Assembly (NCBI GenBank): GCA_029937535.1
Contig: JAPYPT010000001.1
Coordinates: 5,832 to 69,831 of the forward strand
From: Alphaproteobacteria bacterium
Lineage (GTDB): Bacteria > Pseudomonadota > Alphaproteobacteria > GCA-2731375
Direction of reading: 5' to 3'
Length of the DNA stretch: 64,000 nucleotides
Shown here in pieces: positions 55,694 to 64,000 of this stretch. Both the position numbers and the translations under genes were made by a program. The stretch's first letter is position 1; each line of letters starts with the position of its first letter. The notes below the pieces were generated by a model. It did not search any database, was not told the origin of the DNA, and saw nothing but the letters and a program-made list of their open reading frames with translations.

Positions 55694-56935
55694 TCACGGC
55701 TCATCCGTCCCATTCCTCTTCCGCGCCTCTTCCAGAGCGCTTTCCCAGGCGGCTTCGGTGGCGATCTCCCGCGTCCAGGGGCGCATGACGGAGGCGGCCT
55801 GGGCATCGCGTAGGTACCGCTCCAGGGGGAATTGTTTCAGCAGGGCGCGCCCGCCGCAGACCCGGATGGCTTCCTGCGCCACCTCGACCACGGTGCGCTG
55901 CACCATGACATGGGCGGCACGGGCCCGTTGTCGGATTTCATGGGTTGGCGGCAATTTAGCCTCGGACACGGAGCGGAGATAGAGCGCCCGCGCCGCCTCG
56001 ACCTTGAACATCATGTCGGCGATGGAGTTACCCATCACCGGCCCGATGGGTCCTTTCGACGGCGCGCCGTCGGCCCCGCCGGTCAGGTAGTCGAGGGTAT
56101 AGGCATAGGCCGCCTGCATGACGCCGAGGAAGGTCGCGGAAAACAGCAACGGCCCATGGGCGGAGTTCAAATAGAGCCCGCCAAAGACGCCGGGGGGTAG
56201 GATTTCACCGTCGTCGGGGACAAAGACGTCCTTCAATACCATGTTGCGGCTGACCGTGGCCCGCATGCCGATGCTGTCCCAATCGCCCGAAAAGGTCACG
56301 CCGTCCGCATCGCGGGGGACCTTGAGATAGAGCGTGCGTTCAATAAAGGCGCCATCGACGTTGAGGATCGCGGGTGTCGCGAAATAGGGCGCCGCGTCCG
56401 AGAGCGAGACAAAGAACTTCCACCCGTTCAGGCGATAGCCGCCGTCCACCTTATCGGCGATGGTGCCGAAGCGGCGGCCGCCGACGGTGAAAATCTTGTC
56501 CGTCTCGCCTTCCTCGACCGGCTCGCTGTGGGGCTGTCCGTAGTAGACGCCCTTTTCGACAACCTCGCGGAAATTGATCGCCCGTAACTCCCCATGGCGA
56601 GCGCGTTTCTCCTCGCTCATCTCGTGGGCATCGGCCATCTCGCCCATCATCAGCATGGTCAGGCAATGCATGTTGTAGGTCAGCGCGGTCGAGGCGTTGC
56701 CTTGCGCGAGTTGTTCGGAAACCAGGCAGTAGGTTTCCAGATCGGCGCCAAGCCCGCCGTACTCCTCGGGCACGCAGAGCCCGAGGAAACCCGCATCACG
56801 CAGATCGTCGTAATCCTCGAACGGAAAGCGGGCGGCGCGGTCATACTCGGCGGCGCGCGGTGCGAAACAATCCATGGCCAGTTCGCGCGCCTTATGGATC
56901 AATTCCACTTGGCGCGGTGTCGGCTGCATGTCCAT
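55694..56935 (-). CDS. acyl-CoA dehydrogenase family protein
   Basis: 413 aa with the three-domain ACAD pattern and a C-terminal catalytic-base region. Confidence 0.75.
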   Translation of the reverse strand: MDMQPTPRQVELIHKARELAMDCFAPRAAEYDRAARFPFEDYDDLRDAGFLGLCVPEEYGGLGADLETYCLVSEQLAQGNASTALTYNMHCLTMLMMGEMADAHEMSEEKRARHGELRAINFREVVEKGVYYGQPHSEPVEEGETDKIFTVGGRRFGTIADKVDGGYRLNGWKFFVSLSDAAPYFATPAILNVDGAFIERTLYLKVPRDADGVTFSGDWDSIGMRATVSRNMVLKDVFVPDDGEILPPGVFGGLYLNSAHGPLLFSATFLGVMQAAYAYTLDYLTGGADGAPSKGPIGPVMGNSIADMMFKVEAARALYLRSVSEAKLPPTHEIRQRARAAHVMVQRTVVEVAQEAIRVCGGRALLKQFPLERYLRDAQAASVMRPWTREIATEAAWESALEEARKRNGTDEP

Positions 56936-56985
56936 CCAGCTACTCTCCCTGGAACACTAATTGAGTGTCGTCCCGCAACGTCGGC

Positions 56986-57129
56986 CTAATGCTGATGGGC
57001 CGGCATCCGGCGCCAACGGCGGAACAAGGCCAATAGGTTGCAATAGGCCAGGATACGGCCCAACTCCTGTTGCCGCCGGTCTCTGGCGGCGTGGACTTCC
57101 GGCTGAAACTCGTAAATCGCGTTACACAT
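56986..57129 (-). CDS. hypothetical 47-aa protein (not in the ORF track)
   Basis: ATG at 57129 with GGGAGG 7 nt upstream. Translation MCNAIYEFQPEVHAARDRRQQELGRILAYCNLLALFRRWRRMPAHQH*. Confidence 0.2.
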   Translation of the reverse strand: MCNAIYEFQPEVHAARDRRQQELGRILAYCNLLALFRRWRRMPAHQH

Positions 57130-57152
57130 GATCAACCTCCCTTATTTGCCTC

Positions 57153-58571
57153 TTAAACCGTCAATGGCGGCCGGCGCAAATGCCACTCCGTGGCCTGTTC
57201 GAAGGCATCCGCCACTTGCAGCAACTGCGGCTCCTCGAACCAAGCGCCCATGAGCTGCAAACCGATGGGCAGGCCGTCCTCCGTGAAGCCGCAGGGCAGG
57301 GTTATGGCGGGTTGCCCCGTGAAACAGGCCAGGCGCGTCAACTGCCCCAACACCCGCCAGCCAATAACCTCCTTTTCGCCCACCACAATGGTGCCGGTCT
57401 CGATGGGCACGGGCGGGATCACCGTCGTCGGCATGGCCAGAATGGGGGTTTGCGCCAATACGCCGGCCATTTCCTCCCGCACCCTGGTCTGGGTTTGCCG
57501 GGAACGGATATAATCAATGGCCGTCAGATCCTTGCCCAGGCCCAGACGCTCCCTGACATCGGGCGACAGATCATCGGCATTATCGCGCAAATGACCTTCA
57601 TGGACCGACAGGGACTCCGCCATGGCCATGGCGTTCCAGCCCTGCACGGCATCGCGGTTAAAGGGCAACGATACGTCCTCCACCACGGCGCCCAGTTCCT
57701 CTAGCATGGCGAGGGCGGCCTGAACCGCTTGCTCGATCTCCGGGTGCAGGCGTTCAAAATAGAATTCCCGGGGCACGCCGATGCGCAGGCCGTCCAACGG
57801 CTGGCCCAACAGGGCGGTGTAATCGCCAACCCTGGCCTGGGCGGTGGAGGGATCGTCAGGGTCCGCGCCCGCGATGGCGCCCAGCACCAGGGCGGCATCA
57901 CGCACCGTGCGCGTCAAGGGCCCGCCGTGATCCAGGCTTTCGCACAAGGTATAGATGCCGGCGCGGGAGGCCAGGCCGTAGGTTTGTTTCAAGCCGACCA
58001 CGCCGCACATGGCGCCGGGAATGCGGATCGAGCCGCCCGTGTCACTACCCAAGGTGGCCATGGCCAGGGCCGCTGAGGTAGCGCAGCCGGAACCGGAGGA
58101 GGAGCCGCCCGAGACATAATCGGGGTTCCACGGGTTACGCGCCGTGCCGACGTTGGGATTGATGCCCGTGGGACCAAAGGCGAATTCGTGCAGGTTCAAC
58201 ATGCCCAGCATGATGGCGCCCGCATCGCGCAGGCGGGCCACGGAGGTAGCATCGGAATTGGCCACGCCTTCGGACAGGATTTTCGAACCGCAGGTGCGTT
58301 CCATGCCGGCGACCTGGAACAGATCCTTAACCGCCATGGGAATGCCGTGCAGGGGGCCGCGGTAGGCGCCTGCCGCGATCTCCCGCTCCGCCTCTTTCGC
58401 GGCGGCCAGCGCGGCATCGGGGTAGAGCGATATATAGGCGTTCAAATCAGGGTTCAGCGCCTCGATCCGGGCCAACTGGCTCTCCATTACCTCGACGGGC
58501 GAAACCTCGCGCCCCGCGATCAAGGGTGCGAGGGCGGCGATATCCATCAATGCCAGGTCGGGATTGCTCAT
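57153..58571 (-). CDS. amidase (amidase-signature family; GatA-like)
   Basis: ATG at 58571 (MSNPDLALMDIAALAPLIAG...). GGSSSGSG signature and a K…S…S catalytic triad context. The start overlaps the upstream membrane-protein stop (ATGA). Confidence 0.75.
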   Translation of the reverse strand: MSNPDLALMDIAALAPLIAGREVSPVEVMESQLARIEALNPDLNAYISLYPDAALAAAKEAEREIAAGAYRGPLHGIPMAVKDLFQVAGMERTCGSKILSEGVANSDATSVARLRDAGAIMLGMLNLHEFAFGPTGINPNVGTARNPWNPDYVSGGSSSGSGCATSAALAMATLGSDTGGSIRIPGAMCGVVGLKQTYGLASRAGIYTLCESLDHGGPLTRTVRDAALVLGAIAGADPDDPSTAQARVGDYTALLGQPLDGLRIGVPREFYFERLHPEIEQAVQAALAMLEELGAVVEDVSLPFNRDAVQGWNAMAMAESLSVHEGHLRDNADDLSPDVRERLGLGKDLTAIDYIRSRQTQTRVREEMAGVLAQTPILAMPTTVIPPVPIETGTIVVGEKEVIGWRVLGQLTRLACFTGQPAITLPCGFTEDGLPIGLQLMGAWFEEPQLLQVADAFEQATEWHLRRPPLTV

Positions 58572-59641
58572 ATATCTGTCTCCGGTACCGCGATAATCAG
58601 TAAAATGCCGTAGATGGCCACAAAGAGTGCATCCTTGATGGCGCCCAGGCCTTGCTTGTTCTCGCCGCCCTGAAGCAACAGCACGATAATCTCCAGAACA
58701 AAGGCGATAATGGCCAAAAAGAAGAACGGCCAGATAGAGCTCCACCAGGTCAACTCCGCCGGCATCTGCACGCCCTGAATGGCGCGCCAGATCAACAGCA
58801 GGATCGGCAATGCGACCAGGTAAAGTTGGGCCGCCAGAAAGCGGAAGCGGGTCAGGGTCCGGTCCAGAATCCAAAAGATCAGGAAAAACAGCGCCACATA
58901 GAGCATATCCCAGAACATCACGGCATAGGCCTCGCCGCCGCCATATTGCCGCAAATTAAGGAAGCCCATGATCAGCAGGAAGGTCACGGCGTCGCACAAC
59001 AGCCATTCACGGAAGTTCTCCGCCGGGCTCTTCACATTCCAGCCCCGCGCCGCCTTGTCGAACAACAACACCAGGGCAACCGCCAGGGCGGCGGGATAGA
59101 TCAGGTGCTGGACCACGAAATACTGATCCGCCAAGGGCAGATAGATCCAGTTCAACAACAAAAACGCGACGAACAGCGCCAACAGCCCCAACAGGCGCAC
59201 GCCGACGGAGGTCGGTTGCGATGCCGGCCCCGTTTCCTCGACAGCCGCGGCCGCCCGCGGTTCCAGGCTCACATCGGCGGGTGGGGCGGCCGTACCTTGG
59301 CGTGCCGTATGAACGACCAGGTAGATCACGAAGCCGACCAAACCCAGACCGGCGACCACGAGCATGATGACGAAAAAGGCGATGGCGCGGCTATCGGCCC
59401 GCCAATCCGCCGCCTGGCCCAGCAGGCCGTCCGTGGAGAACTGCCAAACGGCGAGGATAATGACGACCAGCAAAAGCAGCGCGGCCAAAAGGTATTGATA
59501 CCAACGCCCCGTGAGACTACCGGCAAATGATCCCCGCGATTGGGCCACCGCCCGCCCGATCAGGAAAATCAAAAACGCCAAAACGCCGACAATGGCGATG
59601 GCGGCCATGACTTCTAAAAATACAACTGAACGACTATCCAC
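58568..59641 (-). CDS. hypothetical polytopic membrane protein
   Basis: 357 aa with about 9 predicted TM helices. No recognised family. Translationally coupled to the amidase. Confidence 0.45.
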   Translation of the reverse strand: MDSRSVVFLEVMAAIAIVGVLAFLIFLIGRAVAQSRGSFAGSLTGRWYQYLLAALLLLVVIILAVWQFSTDGLLGQAADWRADSRAIAFFVIMLVVAGLGLVGFVIYLVVHTARQGTAAPPADVSLEPRAAAAVEETGPASQPTSVGVRLLGLLALFVAFLLLNWIYLPLADQYFVVQHLIYPAALAVALVLLFDKAARGWNVKSPAENFREWLLCDAVTFLLIMGFLNLRQYGGGEAYAVMFWDMLYVALFFLIFWILDRTLTRFRFLAAQLYLVALPILLLIWRAIQGVQMPAELTWWSSIWPFFFLAIIAFVLEIIVLLLQGGENKQGLGAIKDALFVAIYGILLIIAVPETDI

Positions 59642-59678
59642 CTTACGCCCCGTGCCCCCTCACCTTAAATAACGTTAA

Positions 59679-60314
59679 CTAAGTTTCGTTTCGCCCACGC
59701 ACGGTCTCAAGATAGTCCAAGACATCATCCAAGGTCACCACATCGGCGTAGCGCCGGCCCACGTCCAACAGATTGGCCTGATGGGGCCCTTCCTCTACAT
59801 CGCCAACGCAATCTTCCGGAACGGCGACACGGAAGCCATAGGAAAAGGCATCAATGACGGATGCCCGAATACAGCCGGAGGTATTGCAGCCCACCACAAT
59901 CACCGTGTCCACCCGCTCCTTGATAAAAAACTGCGTGATCGCGGTCTGGAAAAAAATTGACGGACCGGTCTTGCAAAAGACCACATCATAATCCTTGTCA
60001 TAAATGCGCGGTTCCAATTCCGTGCAGGGATGGCCGTGGTGAAATTCCTCCAACACCGTTGGGATTTTCCAATAAGGTGCATCACGACGGGAGGAATAGG
60101 CAGTGTAGCACGTCGCCACCGGCACATTGGCCGCGCGGGCCACCTCCAGCATGCGGGCGGTATTTTCCACCGCGCGTTCCACCAGGGGCCGGCCGCCGAG
60201 GGTGTATTGCGGGTCGGTGAAGCCGGTCTGGAAATCCACCACCGCGATGCCCGGACGCTCGCCAAAACCGATTTTGTGGGCGCCAAAGCCGATGTCTTCG
60301 TAGTTGTCCGTCAT
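59679..60314 (-). CDS. isochorismatase-family cysteine hydrolase (N-carbamoylsarcosine-amidase / RutB / biuret-hydrolase-like)
   Basis: D…K…C triad context (IAVVDFQ; VVFCKT; VIVVGCNTSGCIRAS). Confidence 0.65.
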   Translation of the reverse strand: MTDNYEDIGFGAHKIGFGERPGIAVVDFQTGFTDPQYTLGGRPLVERAVENTARMLEVARAANVPVATCYTAYSSRRDAPYWKIPTVLEEFHHGHPCTELEPRIYDKDYDVVFCKTGPSIFFQTAITQFFIKERVDTVIVVGCNTSGCIRASVIDAFSYGFRVAVPEDCVGDVEEGPHQANLLDVGRRYADVVTLDDVLDYLETVRGRNET

Positions 60315-60327
60315 GGCACAAGCTTTC

Positions 60328-61065
60328 CTAGCCTTGTAATATCACGCTAAAGCGATCCTTGAAGGCCTGGCGCAGCTGCTCAAAGCGAACACCAACTCGG
60401 ATCACCGAGTAATCTCGAAAATCTATGATAGTCGAGGAACGGCCCTGATGGTTAGCATATTGCGACAGGCCGTAATCAAAGGCGATATCGGCGGCCTCGC
60501 GCACCGCCGCATCAATATCGCCCAGGCGGTATTTGCTGCCCGTCAGCGACAAATTGGCCGAAGAGCCGAATACCGGCATTTGCCTGGCCCAGGCCTGGCG
60601 GGCAATCTCGTCATGCATTTGTCCGGCGTTCAATAGCATATCCAGGGTGCCGGCCTTGGACGAGGATTGCAGCACAAAGGGATCGACCTTGGCCAAAAAC
60701 GGATGGTCCTCGCGAAACGGCGCCACCACCGAGAACGGCAGCCCGACCGCCGTCACCATCTCCTCCACCATTGTATGCTGTTCGTCCGCCAACTTGTGCA
60801 GCGCCGCCGATATTGTGTAATTCGCGAACATGCCGCTGGGCTTTTCGTAAGACCGCTGCTTGGCATCAAAAATACGGCGAATGCCCTGGGGTGTCGCCGC
60901 CAAAATCGCATAGGCCACATCCAGGGGCGCAAGGGCGACCCCGCCGTCCGCCAGCGCGTCCAGCAAGGCCGCGACATCGGCCGACAGTTGCGCGGACGCA
61001 ACAGGGTCTTTTGTGCGCCGCTCATCAGGCGATGCCGGTTCAAGCGGCGTTTCAGCCTCGATCAT
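60328..61065 (-). CDS. YrdC/YciO/Sua5-domain protein (L-threonylcarbamoyladenylate-synthase family)
   Basis: The blocks 'VALAPLDVAYAILAAT' and 'FGSSANLSLTGSKY' match the YrdC fold. ATG at 61065 (MIEAETPL...). Confidence 0.55.
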   Translation of the reverse strand: MIEAETPLEPASPDERRTKDPVASAQLSADVAALLDALADGGVALAPLDVAYAILAATPQGIRRIFDAKQRSYEKPSGMFANYTISAALHKLADEQHTMVEEMVTAVGLPFSVVAPFREDHPFLAKVDPFVLQSSSKAGTLDMLLNAGQMHDEIARQAWARQMPVFGSSANLSLTGSKYRLGDIDAAVREAADIAFDYGLSQYANHQGRSSTIIDFRDYSVIRVGVRFEQLRQAFKDRFSVILQG

Positions 61066-61066
61066 A

Positions 61067-61708
61067 TCACTTCGTGCCGTACAGGCGGTCGCCCGCATCG
61101 CCCAGGCCCGGCAGGATATAACCGATATCGCTCAATTGCCGGTCGATGGCGGCGGTTAGGATCGGCACATCCGGGTGGGCGGTGGAAAATGCCTCGATCC
61201 CTTCAGGCGCGGCCACCAGGGCAACGAATTTCATGCGCCGGGCGCCAGCTTCCTTCAGACGGGTCACGGCGGCGACAGCGGAATTGCCCGTGGCCAGCAT
61301 GGGATCCACCACGATGACCTGTCGCTCGCCAATGGAAGGAGGCAATTTGAGGTAGTACTCCACCGCCTCCAAGGTATCATGGTCCCGGTACATGCCGATG
61401 TGGCCCACCCGCGCCGAGGGGATCAAATCCAGCATTCCCTCCAGCAAACCATTGCCCGCGCGCAAAATGGAAACCAGGCACAATTTTTTGCCATCCAGAA
61501 CCGGGGCTTCCATGGCCTCCAATGGTGTTTCGATTCGGATCTGTTTCAAGGCCAGATCGCGGGTCGCCTCGAAGGCCAGCAGCAGGGAAATTTCGCCCAG
61601 CAACTGGCGGAATTCCGCCGTCGATGTTTCGGTTCGCCGCAGCAAGGTCAATTTATGCTGGATCAACGGATGATCCGCCACTGTCACATTTGGTGCCGCC
61701 ATGGTCAC
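61067..61708 (-). CDS. upp: uracil phosphoribosyltransferase
   Basis: 213 aa with the PRPP-binding '[14 protein letters not shown]' motif and typical Upp length. Confidence 0.85.
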   Translation of the reverse strand: MTMAAPNVTVADHPLIQHKLTLLRRTETSTAEFRQLLGEISLLLAFEATRDLALKQIRIETPLEAMEAPVLDGKKLCLVSILRAGNGLLEGMLDLIPSARVGHIGMYRDHDTLEAVEYYLKLPPSIGERQVIVVDPMLATGNSAVAAVTRLKEAGARRMKFVALVAAPEGIEAFSTAHPDVPILTAAIDRQLSDIGYILPGLGDAGDRLYGTK

Positions 61709-61880
61709 AGCCCTCCGATTTTGTTGTCTGTCAGTTTAACCGGAGGGCCCGAAATGAACATAGCCCCTTCACGGTAATTAATGCCAATCCGTGCAAGCCA
61801 GTATTAATTTTGATATTTTACGGCGGTTCCGTAGAGTTACGGCAATTTCACTCACGCAGTCGTTTTTTCGGAAGAACACA

Positions 61881-62774
61881 ATGCCAGAAACAACAGGGCG
61901 GCCGGAGACCCCGAACGCCAGGCCGGATTTGTTCCGCGGACCGGTGTTCAGGATAGATGCGACCCTGAAGACGAGCGTCGTCGTGCTGCGGAAAAACTTC
62001 CTATGGTTCACAATGTTGGCAATATTGTTTTCCGCCCCCATGGCATTGAATGAGGTCCATAACCTTCTCAAGACGTTGAAGGGTGACACCGCCTATTCCG
62101 GCTTTACCGTCAGTCTGTACCGCGGTCTGTTTGATTGGTTATTCAAATACTTTCTGATTGGCATATTGGCCTATCGGATATTCATGGATCTCGAGGGCCG
62201 GGCCTCGAACATAGGCGAAACCCTGAAGCATGCCCTGGCCCGCGCCTTCCCTCTGTTGTGCCTTGGCGTCGCCTACGGCGGTATTGTCCTGGCGCCGGCT
62301 CTGGTCATTGTTTTTTATCCCGAACTCTATGGGGCTTTCTTCATCCTGATCATTCCAAGCGCCTACATCGCCGTCATCTTCTTCGCCGCCATGCCGGTCG
62401 CAATTATTGAAAAGGCCGGGCTGGTGGAATGTTTCGGCAGAAGTGCCGCGCTGACCAAGGGGTTTCGCTGGAAAATCTCCGGCCTGATCATCCTTATCAT
62501 TCTTCTGCACACGGTTTGGACTGTTTTGGTCAAACTGCTGTTTGAGTTCGTTGTCATTGATTTTGACGCCGTCTATTGGGCCACGTTCGCCGCCATCTTT
62601 GCCGTGAATACAGTCATCACGGCCTATTTCGCCGTTGTCGTGACCGTTGCAGGAGGCCGCGACCACCGGCGAAGTTGGCGATGGCCGTATTTTTGTCCTG
62701 GATATTTTTCGCAGTATTCAAATCCGATCGGGCAAGGTCGATGCCGAGCATGCCGCGCTATGAAGCGCGGCTGA
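61881..62774 (+). CDS. hypothetical membrane protein
   Basis: ATG at 61881 (MPETTGRPETPNAR...) with about 6 TM helices. No family recognised. Confidence 0.4.
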   Translation: MPETTGRPETPNARPDLFRGPVFRIDATLKTSVVVLRKNFLWFTMLAILFSAPMALNEVHNLLKTLKGDTAYSGFTVSLYRGLFDWLFKYFLIGILAYRIFMDLEGRASNIGETLKHALARAFPLLCLGVAYGGIVLAPALVIVFYPELYGAFFILIIPSAYIAVIFFAAMPVAIIEKAGLVECFGRSAALTKGFRWKISGLIILIILLHTVWTVLVKLLFEFVVIDFDAVYWATFAAIFAVNTVITAYFAVVVTVAGGRDHRRSWRWPYFCPGYFSQYSNPIGQGRCRACRAMKRG

Positions 62775-62787
62775 ATTAGGCGTAAAA

Positions 62788-63546
62788 TTATCCGCGCCCG
62801 ACAAACGGCATCTGGGTCGCCATCACGGTCAGGAACTGCACATTGGCGTCGGGCGGCAGGCTGGCCATGTAGACCACGGCGCGGGAGACGTTATCCACAT
62901 CCATCAGCGGTTCCGGCTTGATCGAGCCATCGGCCTGGGGCACGCCGTCCGACATGCGGGCGGCCATGGGCGTCAGAGCGTTGCCGATGTCCAATTGGCC
63001 GCACGCGATATTGTATTTTCGGCCATCCAGAGAGGTCGATTTGGTCAGGCCCGTCACGGCGTGCTTGGTCGAGGTATAGGGCGCCGAATTGGGCCTTGGC
63101 GCATGGGCCGAGATGGAACCGTTGTTGATGATGCGCCCACCCATGGGGTCCTGGGCCTTCATCACCTTGAAGGCTTCTTGCGTGCACAGAAAAACCCCGG
63201 TCAGGTTGACGTTGACCACTTTCTGCCACTGCTCGAACGGCAAATCCTCGATATTCACCGGCGGCGCGCCGGCGCCGGCGTTGTTGAACAATAAATCCAG
63301 GCGGCCAAAGGCCTTCGTCGTGGCGGCAAACAGGGCCGCGCAGGCGGCGGGATCGGAGACATCCGTCGGCACGGCGATGGTGCGCGCGCCATCATCCCCC
63401 GCCTCGGCGATGGTCTCTTGCAATGCATCCTCCCGCCGGCCCGCCAAGGCCACCGAATAGCCTTCCGCCAACAGCGCCACGGCGGCGCCACGGCCAACGC
63501 CCGAACCCGCGCCCGTAACGATGGCAACCTTGCCCTCTCCACTCAT
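62788..63546 (-). CDS. SDR family oxidoreductase
   Basis: ATG at 63546 ([20 protein letters not shown]...). NNAG motif and a YTSTK catalytic pair. Confidence 0.65.
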   Translation of the reverse strand: MSGEGKVAIVTGAGSGVGRGAAVALLAEGYSVALAGRREDALQETIAEAGDDGARTIAVPTDVSDPAACAALFAATTKAFGRLDLLFNNAGAGAPPVNIEDLPFEQWQKVVNVNLTGVFLCTQEAFKVMKAQDPMGGRIINNGSISAHAPRPNSAPYTSTKHAVTGLTKSTSLDGRKYNIACGQLDIGNALTPMAARMSDGVPQADGSIKPEPLMDVDNVSRAVVYMASLPPDANVQFLTVMATQMPFVGRG

Positions 63547-63632
63547 GATCCTCGCCCTTTCCATCTAAATATGTTGGCAGCGAACGTAGTCCGCGCGGCC
63601 CCCCATAATCAACTCTGTATTCGCCGCCAAGG

Positions 63633-63995
63633 CTATTTGGCCGGCCGATAGTCGTCCGGGAAATACTCTTTCACGAACTCGCTGTCCTGAGTGTAGGTGT
63701 AACACGTATTCAGCATGCCTTCGCCCAGGCTGCGCGGCCGGTCCTGCGCGGCCTCCCGGGCGGCGCCGGCCGGCGCCCGTTCGGTCCACATGGCCTGCAT
63801 GGCCGTGGTCGCCATTTGCGCCAGCATCTCGACCAGGTGGGTACAGCCCCGCCCATGCCCGACCCGTTGACGGACCATGCGGTTCCACCCCGGTCCGATC
63901 TTCAGCCCGGCCAGATTTTCAAAATTCGGCGCCACCAGATGACAGATGCCATGGGCGCCCACGTCCAGCTTCGCCTCCGCCGATTGCACCACCAT
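63633..63995 (-). CDS. hypothetical protein (possibly DUF2889-like); 5' end may lie beyond the window
   Basis: 120-aa ORF with a Cys/His-containing 'GICHLV…GRGCTHLVEML' region. Weak family assignment. Confidence 0.25.
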   Translation of the reverse strand: MVVQSAEAKLDVGAHGICHLVAPNFENLAGLKIGPGWNRMVRQRVGHGRGCTHLVEMLAQMATTAMQAMWTERAPAGAAREAAQDRPRSLGEGMLNTCYTYTQDSEFVKEYFPDDYRPAK

Positions 63996-64000
63996 GGTTT

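Overview
This 64-kb window is high-GC (about 62%) chromosomal DNA that looks alphaproteobacterial, Rhodospirillales-like by gene content (inference). It is densely packed with housekeeping and transport genes and contains no rRNA, tRNA or CRISPR array. No transposase or integrase was recognised.

Recognisable content, in order:
- **1..5039:** a partial NIPSNAP-family gene, an SMP-30/gluconolactonase-family gene, an Asp/Glu/hydantoin-racemase-family gene, a DUF2312 gene, and the reductive pyrimidine-catabolism genes preA and preT.
- **5093..7994:** the biosynthetic pyrB, pyrC-like and plsY unit. The dihydroorotase paralog lacks the metal-binding HxH motif and the catalytic Asp, so it is probably non-catalytic.
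- **8067..10213:** an SDR oxidoreductase, a DUF423 membrane protein, a 55-aa membrane ORF and a GT2 glycosyltransferase.
- **10387..17137:** a Liv-type (branched-chain-amino-acid-like) ABC importer operon fused to an NAD-dependent epimerase/dehydratase and a DapA-family aldolase.
- **17146..18910:** a CBS-pair protein and an orphan CheZ-like phosphatase.
- **18948..20076:** a GrdB/PrdB-family reading frame interrupted by an in-frame TGA, with a SECIS-like hairpin 10 nt downstream and an overlapping CPPC glutaredoxin-like gene. I consider this the most interesting locus: a probable selenoprotein with a thiol partner.
- **20155..28840:** an MsbA-like ABC exporter, a cupin-like protein, an SDR/epimerase, queG, a GST, a quinone oxidoreductase, a tyrosine-phosphatase-like protein and a YhhQ/DUF165 queuosine-precursor transporter.
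- **28955..37298:** a second Liv-type importer on the minus strand, then uvrD and prmA. The prmA 3' end carries an ~820-bp low-GC insertion flanked by a ~105-nt duplication of the prmA tail and bounded by 16-nt inverted motif copies.
- **38244..48547:** an enoyl-CoA hydratase, a Dpp-type peptide importer followed by an Asp/Glu-racemase-family gene, and pepN.
- **48678..53005:** two tandem 330-aa paralogs (FkbM-methyltransferase-like) behind a promoter with three tandem 12-mers, a GATase1, an enoyl-CoA hydratase and a small membrane protein.
- **53071..56935:** a DehI-family protein translationally coupled to an adenylate/guanylate cyclase with TPR repeats, and an acyl-CoA dehydrogenase.
- **57153..61708:** a tightly packed minus-strand operon, upp / YrdC-like / isochorismatase-like hydrolase / polytopic membrane protein / amidase. 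This may be an uncharacterised carbamoyl- or ureide-processing pathway.

Several intergenic palindromic or REP-like repeat elements are present. These include a 28-bp perfect inverted repeat, an AT-rich ~120-bp palindromic element, and a 'tcattgccgggcttgacccggcaatcc' repeat family found at two loci.
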